A stretch of 64,000 nucleotides of DNA. Origin: Candidatus Eiseniibacteriota bacterium. GTDB lineage: Bacteria; Eisenbacteria; RBG-16-71-46; SZUA-252. Made by a program: the position numbers and the translations under genes. The DNA lies in contig OY969801.1 in assembly GCA_963703225.1 (NCBI GenBank), positions 1,920,001 through 1,984,000 of the forward strand, read 5' to 3'. Positions 1 through 8,140 of the stretch are shown one piece after another (within the stretch, counting starts at the first letter, position 1; the number at the start of each line of letters is the position of its first letter). The notes below the pieces were generated by a model that was not told where the DNA came from, did not search any database, and worked only from the letters and a program-made list of their open reading frames with translations.

Positions 1-140
1 TCGTCAAGCGGCACCCCTAACGCCACCTGGATTTCAATACCCCTAAGGTATTTTGCATGGTCGTCCCAACAACCGCACAGTGGTGCTGTAAATGCACCCA
101 CCGGCGGCCGTAGAACGCCAAAAGGTTGCTCGCCGGATGC

Positions 141-3100
141 CTAGCGCCGGGCCCGTTTCGGAACGTTCCACATGAAACCAACTTCCTCGAGGCGACGAAT
201 GCGTTCCTGCGAAACACGCTCCGCCTTATGTGCTTCCCGCAGCTTTCTCACCCAGTTGGCTAACGCCCGATTCTCCTTCCAACCATTTGGAACGTTGCAG
301 TGTCCGTGCGTTTTCTTGAACAATACTAATTCGCGGAAGTATTCCTCCCACCACACGTCATACACGATCCAGACGAAATCCAATTCGTTCAGACGCCGTA
401 CGCGTTCTTGCAGACAGGTCCCGCGCTTTCGCGCGACACGCTGCTTAGCCACCCATTGGGCCAACACTCCCTTGCCCTCGAAATATCGCGGTACGACGCA
501 GTGTCCGTGAACATTCTTGAACGCAACTAGGTCATGAAAATTCTCTTCCCATCTCGCATCATCAACATCCCATGTGAAGTGAAGTTCTTGGAGTCTGCGT
601 ACGTGATCCTTGGTCAGTTCACCTCTTCGAGATGCCACCCCTGCTTACTGACCCATTCGCCCAAGCCAGGGCTCCTCTTCCAATATCGCGGCACGATGCA
701 ATGCCCTTGCGCCTTCTTAAGTTCCACTAGCGCTTGAAGTCCCCCTCCCAGGTTGCATCATAAACGTCCCACACGAAACCCAGTTCGTCGAGACGGCGCT
801 TTCGATCCGGCGGCATCAGTCCCTTGCGCGAGGTGCCGCGCTGGACGCTGACCCACGAGGCCAGCACCGGTTCGGTCTCCGAATTCTGCGGCACGATGCA
901 ATGCCCTTGCGCCTTCTTGAGTTCACTAGCGCTTGGAAGTTCTCCTCCCAGGTTGCACCGTGCACCTCCCACACGAAACCGAGTTCGTCGAGACGGCGAG
1001 TGCGTTCGGCGGACAGAAGTCCCTTCTGATACGATTGGCGCTGGGTATAGATCCAGTCGCTCAGTGCCGGGTTGTCTTGCACATTCCTTGGGCACGTTGC
1101 AGTGCCCGGCGATCTCTCTGAAGTGGGCAAGTTCCCCATTCGCTGATCCCAGGTCAACCCGAGCCGTGCGACGATCTCGGTAGTAATTGCTGAGCGCAGG
1201 GCCTCCATGGAAAGCACAGGGCCTAGGACCTGCACCTTTGCTGCCAAGAGTGACCCATCGAGGGATTCTCTGCGTCCCAAGCCAACCGTTAAGTCCCGAA
1301 TGATGTCCGCAAGAACTTGGTCCGACTCCTTGAGGGCTTCGAGAACATCCCACACATCCTCGAAGTCCGACCGTCGCACGGCGTCCTGCACGGTCTCGCC
1401 TTCCAGCGCCTCCAGAAAGATCGGGACCAATACGTACCCAATCGTCTTGGTTTCGTGTCGTCTCATCACGCGGCCGACGGCCTGAATGATATCCACCTTG
1501 CTCCTGCGTGGAGACATGAACGCCACCATGTCCACAGCGGGGAGGTCGACGCCCTCGGTCAAGCACCGCGCGTTCGACATGAGTGCACGCCGCGCCGTGA
1601 CGAAGTCCCTCATCAGTCGGGTGCGGTCCGCGGTGGGCATCGCTCCATTCACGTGATACGTTGCGAACTCTCGTAGGTGAGTACCGACGCCGCCGGGACC
1701 GTCAGAAGCGAACGACTTCGCCGACGCGATGTTTCCGTGGAAAGTGAAGATGCGTTGGGCACCGTGTTTCTCGACGGCCTTCGTCAAGGCAAGCTGCAGG
1801 GCCACTTGACGAGCGGCGACAGGAGAGTCCTCGATGCTAACCTCGCCGTGGGCGATCAGGTATCTATCGACCTCTGCGTCCGTGACCACTGAAAATCGGC
1901 ACTTGGTAGTCGCAGATGATTCCCTCGGTGACAGCCTTCAGAGGCCGAGAGAGAATGAGCAACGGGGCCGTATGTCTCAGGCTTATCCATCGAATAAACG
2001 CGGAGGCTGCGCAGTCCCCGTCAGCTGCTGCGTTTTTCCCCCGGATGTAAGACTCGTAGTGGCGGGGTGTCGCGGTCATGAACAGCCGTTTTCGGATCGG
2101 CAAGGCGTCGTCCCAGAGGCCGAATGATGATCGGGTCCCTTCTCGCCCAGCCGTCTTGTGGGTCTTCATCAAACACACCAAAATCGAAGGCGAAATCGCC
2201 TTCCATTCCCTGGGCGACCACCTTAGCCGACTGATAGGTGGAGAAGACGATTTGCACACCGTGTGAATCGGAGCGGAGGAACCGGCGGACATCCGCGCCA
2301 TTGGTGGTCACCGGAAAATCGAGATCCGACTGGTGAAGGACGAGGTCGTCAGCACCCTTTGTTACTGTGGGATCGGAGCACACGCACAAGTATGAAAAAT
2401 CCCCCAAAGATGTCTCCCTCAGCCATTCGTGTAAGGTCTGCCGCACCAAGGCAAGGGAGGGGAGGAGTACAAGCATCGTCCTAAAGCCAATGCGTTCGGC
2501 TACCCAGAGGGCGACGAGGGTCTTTCCGGTACCACAGGCCATCAGGCACGTGACCCGGGGGTGGGTGGTCAGACTGGCCACGATGTCGTCGACGGCTCTC
2601 GTCTGGTGAGGCCTGGGTGCCTTTCTGGGAGGAGTGAAGACCCCTGAGGCCATCCATGCGCGAATGGCTGCGAGGTCAGCCTCTAGTAGGCGATCAAGGT
2701 CTGATCCTCGAATCGGAACGAAACGAAGTCGGTTCGTAAGGATTGTTGGCAGGTCATCACAGTTCGTGAACAGGTAACGCCAAGTGGGGACGTCCGTCAG
2801 GCCAATGAAGGTGGACAGTTCCCCCCAGGTGAGCGACGGGCGCTGGGTCCGGAACTTAACTTGGTACGCGCAGAGGTTGCCCACCCGGTCCTCGAAGACC
2901 CCGTCCACCCCCATGTCGGTTGCGGGCAACGCGAGCTTCTTTAGGGTGGCATCAGCGACGACTTCGAGGGGCCAGACTTCCCTAGCTTGGATAGTATTCT
3001 GGGTGGCAAGGTAGGCCTCCGCGAAGACCTCGAACGCGTCACCCCGATGCCTCGTGGTGGGGAGAGCTGCGATCCGAGTTTCCAAGTCGTGGAAAGAAGT

Positions 3101-3160
3101 AAGGTCATCGAACAGGCCAGCGGATAGGAAGAAGTGTGTTCGGGGGTGTTTGCTTGCCAT
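141..3160 (-). pseudogene. Restriction-endonuclease-like (Mrr/PD-(D/E)XK) + SF2 DEAD/DEAH helicase + multiple helicase-associated (HA) repeats; broken by several frameshifts
   Basis: N-terminal GDAFEVF..DMGVDGV..YQVK nuclease motifs; Walker A MACGTGKT; DEAH codons disrupted by an extra base near 2163 (GAT GAA G[A]CC CAC AAG); FMTATPR; LTEGVDLPAVD and QAVGRVMR helicase-C motifs; repeated WVxxQR..RLxELGFVW HA units in ORFs 141-638, 727-1566, 816-1889. Confidence 0.8.
689..1000. repeat. Near-identical ~200 bp-period DNA repeats encoding HA domains
   Basis: gcggcacgatgcaatgcccttgcgccttctt...cccacacgaaacc.agttcgtcgagacggcg occurs at ~689 and ~889. Confidence 0.75.
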
Positions 3161-3581
3161 TGGCGAGTCAACTCCCTCGGCTCAAGCTCAGGTTCCTTCA
3201 GCCTCCAGACCGCGAGCGGAATCCCCAATTCCCAGACCCTAAGGTAGGTGGCGCCCTTCCCACGCCTGCACGCAGCCGCCCGGGTAAGTGGCCAGGGGGG
3301 GCGGGGTCCTACGTGGCAGCCCGCACCACCATGCTACTCAGCTAGGCAGGAATTGAGTGGATTGATTCACCGCACCCAGGTGAATTGGTAGGCGTAGTCA
3401 GCACAGTTACAGGCACAGCGAGGATGGGAAAGCTCGTAAGTTGGAGGCGGCCATCCACTTGCGAGTACAGCAGTTTACCTGGTTCCTTTCGGCTCCGCCA
3501 CCATTGGCTAACCAGCTTCCGCGTTGAACTGCGTCGTGACCACGCCCTCAACCGAGAGTAAGATTTGGGCCAGACATTGAC

Positions 3582-3794
3582 TTGGGGGGGCGCCTTGCGT
3601 CGATCCAAATCATTCCGGCTTCTCTTGGTTCTTCTCGCCGTATCCGGTTCAAACCCTCCGCACGCGGTAGCCACTCCACCAGCACCGCCTCCCTCGACGC
3701 GTCCAATCTGCCCACTGGCGTCTATTTCGTTCGGGTTGCAGCCGGCCGGGACCGACGCGCGCTCGGAACGGCGTCCGTGAGAATCATCCGCTAA
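3582..3794 (+). pseudogene. Orphan C-terminal FlgD-Ig/T9SS-like sorting-domain remnant
   Basis: GRLASI...LDASNLPTGVYFVRV...VRIIR* resembles the C-termini of the 8141-10924 and 56125-58512 proteins; no upstream body. Confidence 0.55.
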
Positions 3795-3895
3795 GGCGCG
3801 AGGTGGGATGAAACAGTTGGTTGCATACGCGCTTGCGTTCGGCGCTGGCGGGCTTGCCCCCAGCGCGCGGTGTCGCAGCAATGAGAGGTGAATAG

Positions 3896-5074
3896 GTGAA
3901 CACCTGGAAGGTGCGTTTTCGCGCACAGTCGGCGGGATGGTTTCTCACCATACTGCTCGCAGCGCTGGCAACCGATTGCGGTAAGGACAACCCAGCCCAA
4001 CCCAAAGCAACCCCGCCTACCCCGCCTACGAGGTCCCTGGCATTCTCGGCTCGTCCGCCCGTTTCAGTCGGCAACACCTGGAGTACCATTGCGGCGGAGG
4101 ATTTTGACCGCGATGGGCACCCGGACCTAGTGACGACGTCTGTCGACGGCCCGATCGCTTACTTGCTTCTCGGTAGGGGTGACGGCTCCTTCAGTGCGCC
4201 GACGCTACTACCGGTCCCCGCAAGAGCTGGTCTGGCCGTTGATGCAGTGGTGGGAGATTGGGACCATGACGGCAATGCCGACATAGGGTGCAATTGCTAC
4301 AATGCCACCGTCTTCCTGTATGGACGCGGGGATGGTTCGTTCGACTCGACGCTGATTGACGAAAGGTCCTCGGTTGTTCAGGGCTCACCGTCGGTGGGCG
4401 ACTTCAATGGCGACGGCATAGACGACTACGCCTCCTTCGACTGGGATTCATGGGTCGTCATAGCTGGGGATTCCGGACGTATGCCCAAGCGTATCGTGTC
4501 TTATGCCCCGCCCGTGATTGGGTGGAACCCGACGTTCGGGACAAGCGCTGACCTGGATGGCGATGGGAACGTCGATCTTGCCTTGACTAGGGGAGTCAGC
4601 GAAGACCATGCGTCCATCTACTATGGTTATGGGGACGGGAGGTTTCGGCTCCCCACGCCACTGTCTGACGCCGGCGGGAACTATGGAATATGCACAATAA
4701 GTCGGAGAGGTGGAGGTCCAGGGCGCGACTTGGTAATAGCTCACGTCGTTCTGGACTCTGTCGGAGTGACCCCAAGGATCGGCGGGATCATTGCCGACGA
4801 GGTGAATTACCCTGTGCCGGGCTCGCCGTGCGGCCTGGCGGGCGCAGACTTCGATCTCGATGGGATTGAGGATCTGGCCATCGCCTGTACCAACGCCAGA
4901 TCGGTTGCCGTTCTTCTCGGCCGCACGGACGGCACCTTTGCCGCGGCGAGCTACTTCTACGTGGGGATCTATCCCTCGCGACTCACCGTCGCAGACCTCA
5001 ACGGAGACGGCCTTCCGGACGTGGCGACTATCGGTACGCAGCAGATTTGCGTTCTAATCAACGACAGCAAGTAA
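3896..5074 (+). CDS. FG-GAP/VCBS repeat lipoprotein (beta-propeller)
   Basis: Signal peptide with LATDCG lipobox-like Cys; repeated DFDRDGHPD, DFNGDGIDD, DLDGDGNVD, DLNGDGLPD motifs. Confidence 0.85.
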   Translation: MNTWKVRFRAQSAGWFLTILLAALATDCGKDNPAQPKATPPTPPTRSLAFSARPPVSVGNTWSTIAAEDFDRDGHPDLVTTSVDGPIAYLLLGRGDGSFSAPTLLPVPARAGLAVDAVVGDWDHDGNADIGCNCYNATVFLYGRGDGSFDSTLIDERSSVVQGSPSVGDFNGDGIDDYASFDWDSWVVIAGDSGRMPKRIVSYAPPVIGWNPTFGTSADLDGDGNVDLALTRGVSEDHASIYYGYGDGRFRLPTPLSDAGGNYGICTISRRGGGPGRDLVIAHVVLDSVGVTPRIGGIIADEVNYPVPGSPCGLAGADFDLDGIEDLAIACTNARSVAVLLGRTDGTFAAASYFYVGIYPSRLTVADLNGDGLPDVATIGTQQICVLINDSK

Positions 5075-5152
5075 GACGCGCGTTGTGGTTCTTGGTTCTA
5101 CGGTTTTACGCTGATCACCGCTCGCAGTCGGGTCACCGCCAATTCCGCGAGC

Positions 5153-5219
5153 TGGCTACGGTCGTGGCTACGGTCAGGATGGCTATTGCCTGGCATCGTT
5201 GGCCACCGTTGGCTACCCA
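5153..5219. repeat. Array of TGGCYAC motifs including direct repeat TGGCTACGGTC x2 (arm-site-like)
   Basis: TGGCTACGGTC at 5153 and 5165, further TGGCYA-like motifs at ~5180, 5200, 5210; homologous block at 13213-13260 and an 18 bp partial match at 3497-3514. Confidence 0.65.
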
Positions 5220-5226
5220 AAGTAAG

Positions 5227-5259
5227 GAAGCCCCGGGAGACTCATCCTCCCGGGGCTTC
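5227..5259. terminator. 13 bp-stem hairpin, terminator-like (probably minus strand)
   Basis: GAAGCCCCGGGAG-ACTCATC-CTCCCGGGGCTTC; minus strand followed by CTTACTTT. Confidence 0.7.
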
Positions 5260-5328
5260 TCGTATTACCTTGTCGCGACGCTACTTCGAGGACCGGCTTC
5301 CAAATCGGTGAAATTCAGGTGAAAAGAC

Positions 5329-5366
5329 TTTGCAGACCGTCGCCTTAGCCACTTGGCTATGCCACC
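5329..5366 (-). pseudogene. tRNA-Cys(GCA) 5' half, copy 1 (att-like remnant)
   Basis: Reverse complement GGTGGCATAGCCAAGTGGCTAAGGCGACGGTCTGCAAA = acceptor 5' strand, D-arm, anticodon loop; 3' anticodon stem not continued. Confidence 0.85.
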
Positions 5367-5380
5367 CCCGCAAGTGATTG

Positions 5381-5408
5381 AGTATAGCGTGGTTGGCTGG
5401 TGGCGCAA
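5381..5408 (-). promoter_or_regulatory. sigma70-like promoter upstream of tRNA-Cys half copy 1
   Basis: TTGCGC-16 nt-TATACT on minus strand, 14 nt before the tRNA 5' end. Confidence 0.6.
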
Positions 5409-5478
5409 TTGCGGAGATTGCCTTTCTCCACGTCGCGGTTCCTACTGACACATCGTTCCCCGCCGACTAGACTTCCCC

Positions 5479-7785
5479 ATGCTCCTTTCCCCCGGCACTC
5501 GCCTCGGCACCTACGAGATCGTCGGCCCCATCGGGGCTGGCGGAATGGGCGAGGTCTATCACGCGAAGGATCTGCGACTGTGCCGTGACGTCGCGGTGAA
5601 GGTGCTTCCGCTAACGGTGGCATCCTCCCCGGACTGGCTCGCACGTTTCGAGCTCGAGGCGCGCACACTCGCGGGACTCAATCATCCAAACATCGTCACG
5701 CTTTTCTCCGTCGAGGATGAGAGCAGCATCCGCTTCCTCACGATGGAGCTGATCGAGGGACAAACCCTGTCGACCCTCGTCATCCCCGGCGGACTTCCCC
5801 TCTCCCGCGTCCTCGAGCTCTCGATCCCCCTGACCGACGCCCTCGTCGCAGCCCACGAGCGAGGGGTCATCCACCGCGACCTGAAGCCCGGGAACGTGAT
5901 GGTGACGAGCAAGGGCCGGGTGAAGGTGCTCGACTTCGGCCTCGCGAAGATGCCCGAGGAGGAAGCGCCGCGTACGGATCAATCCCGCGCCACCACGGTC
6001 GACTCCCCTATCTCGGGCGAGGGCCAAGTACGCGGCACGGTGCCTTACATGGCGCCCGAACAGTTGCGTGGTGAAGGCGTGGACGCACGAGCCGATCTCT
6101 TCTCGCTCGGAATCATCCTCTATGAACTCTCCACGGGCCGCCGGCCTTTCAACGGCGGCAGCTCCGCCGAAATCAGTTCCTCCATCCTCCGCGATACGCC
6201 CGAGCCCCTGACCCGAGTCCGTGCCGACCTCCCGGCCGATCTCGAGCGAATCGTGAGCCGCTGTCTCGAGAAGAATCCCCGGGAGCGCATGCAGTCGGCG
6301 GTGGACGTCAACCTCGAGCTTCGCCGCCTGGGACGGAATTGGGAGCCCGGGGAGCGCGGCGTGACCAAGAAACCGGCAACCGAGAAGGTCGCCACCATCG
6401 CCGTGCTTCCGTTCGTGAACCGAAGCGCCAGCGCTGACGACGAGTACTTCTCGGACGGCCTCGCCGACGAACTGCTCAATGTGCTCGCGAAGATCAAGGG
6501 GCTGCGAGTCGCCGCGCGCACCTCTTCCTTCCAGTTCAGGGGAACCAAGGATGACCTTGCCACGATCGGCCAGAAGCTGAATGTGGCAACGCTGCTCGAA
6601 GGCAGCGTCCGTAAGGCAGGGAGTCGGGTCCGCATCTCCGTGCAACTCGTAAAGGTCTCCGACGGCTACCACCTCTGGTCCGAGACCTACGACCGCACTC
6701 TGGAGGACATCTTTGCGGTGCAGGACGACATCGCACATTCGGTGGTGCAAGAGCTGCGCGCTACCCTCATGGGCGAAGCGGCGGATTCGGATGCGAGCGG
6801 TCGGGCGAAGGTGGAGGTGGCGAGGGCAGCGAAGGGCCGCGCCACCGATCCCGAGGCGTACCGGGTCTACCTCCTGGCGCGCCACCTCCTGGATCGCGTC
6901 ACCCGCGAGGACACAGTGAAGGGCATCGAATACCTGAAGCAGGTACTGGATCGGGACGCGAAGTTCGCGCTCGCCTGGGTAGATCTTGGGCGCGCGTTCT
7001 CGGTCGAAGTGAACGCGGGTTGGGTTCCCGTTGCGGAGGGGCACGGGCGGGCCCGAGCGGCGGTGGAGCGCTCACTCGCGCTGGAGCCGGACCTGCCAGA
7101 GGGGCATTCGGCGATGGGGTGGATCCAGATGTTCTTCGATTGGAACTGGCACGGAGCCGAGTCATCGATTCGCCGGGCTATGGAGCTGGCGCCGGGTAAT
7201 GCCCAGGTACTTCGCATTGCCGGCGTCTTGGCGAGTACGTTGGGCCGTCCTGAGGAAGCGATCGAACTGTATCGTCGCGCTCTGGAGCAGGACCCACTGA
7301 GTCCAGGGTCCTACATCAATCTAGCCGTCTCGCTCCACGCGGCGAATCGCTTGGCGGAGGCGGAGGGAGCATTTCGAAAGGCGTTGGAACTCGCTCCGCA
7401 GAGGCCATTCACGCGTGCCAGCCTCTCGCTGGTCCTGCTCGCGAACGGCCGGGGAGAGGAGGCGTTGGATGAGGCGATGCGAGAGCCAGAGGAGGTGCTC
7501 CGCCTCTGGGCGCTGGGTATCGTTCACCACGCCACGGGCCGCCATACTGAGTCGGGCGAAGCGCTGCGGGTGCTGACCGAGAAACACGCGAGGCACTCCG
7601 CCTATCAGATTTCCGAAGTGCATGGAGCCCGAGGCGAGGCAGACGCCATGTTCGAATGGCTCGGGCGGGCATATGCACAGCGGGACGGCGGGATCACCCA
7701 AATGAGGGCCCGCCCTCGCTTCCACTCCCTCCACGGCGATCCGCGGTGGGAGGCATTCTTGCGGAAAATGGGGTTTGAGGCGTGA
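5479..7785 (+). CDS. Hanks-type Ser/Thr kinase with TolB-like domain and TPR repeats
   Basis: [48 protein letters not shown]olB-like motif; TPRs. Confidence 0.93.
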   Translation: MLLSPGTRLGTYEIVGPIGAGGMGEVYHAKDLRLCRDVAVKVLPLTVASSPDWLARFELEARTLAGLNHPNIVTLFSVEDESSIRFLTMELIEGQTLSTLVIPGGLPLSRVLELSIPLTDALVAAHERGVIHRDLKPGNVMVTSKGRVKVLDFGLAKMPEEEAPRTDQSRATTVDSPISGEGQVRGTVPYMAPEQLRGEGVDARADLFSLGIILYELSTGRRPFNGGSSAEISSSILRDTPEPLTRVRADLPADLERIVSRCLEKNPRERMQSAVDVNLELRRLGRNWEPGERGVTKKPATEKVATIAVLPFVNRSASADDEYFSDGLADELLNVLAKIKGLRVAARTSSFQFRGTKDDLATIGQKLNVATLLEGSVRKAGSRVRISVQLVKVSDGYHLWSETYDRTLEDIFAVQDDIAHSVVQELRATLMGEAADSDASGRAKVEVARAAKGRATDPEAYRVYLLARHLLDRVTREDTVKGIEYLKQVLDRDAKFALAWVDLGRAFSVEVNAGWVPVAEGHGRARAAVERSLALEPDLPEGHSAMGWIQMFFDWNWHGAESSIRRAMELAPGNAQVLRIAGVLASTLGRPEEAIELYRRALEQDPLSPGSYINLAVSLHAANRLAEAEGAFRKALELAPQRPFTRASLSLVLLANGRGEEALDEAMREPEEVLRLWALGIVHHATGRHTESGEALRVLTEKHARHSAYQISEVHGARGEADAMFEWLGRAYAQRDGGITQMRARPRFHSLHGDPRWEAFLRKMGFEA

Positions 7786-8090
7786 GATGCAACTGGACTC
7801 CGGCCCTGAACGGGCTGTCCCGCCGCACGGAATGGAGCTGTGACGGCGAGCGCTCCCCAGACGAGGGCGAGGCCCAAGTATTCCGTCAGCTCGAACGGCC
7901 CGATGGCGTTCACGGTTCGGTCGTAGGTCATGGCCGACGCGAGCGCGATCGTATTGCAGACGAGCAACGTCCACCATGCCCAACGTTCACCACGGCGAAA
8001 GGCCGTGACAGTGATGGCGATCGCCATCAGCCCGAAGACCGCGTTATAGACGCCATACATTCGGAAAAGCACGACCAGGTACTTGGCGAT
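7605..8090 (-). pseudogene. 5'-truncated small membrane protein
   Basis: Three hydrophobic segments with FRRGERWAWW motif; frame open only a short way upstream with no proper N-terminus; ORF runs ~180 bp into the convergent kinase. Confidence 0.5.
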
Positions 8091-8140
8091 CGCCCTCGAA
8101 GGTCTGCATCTGCGGATTCACCGGAAAGATCACGCCGGCC

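Noticed and set aside
5290..5366. Intact functional tRNA-Cys
   Set aside because: The 3' anticodon stem, canonical TTCGAA loop and 3' acceptor strand are missing in all copies
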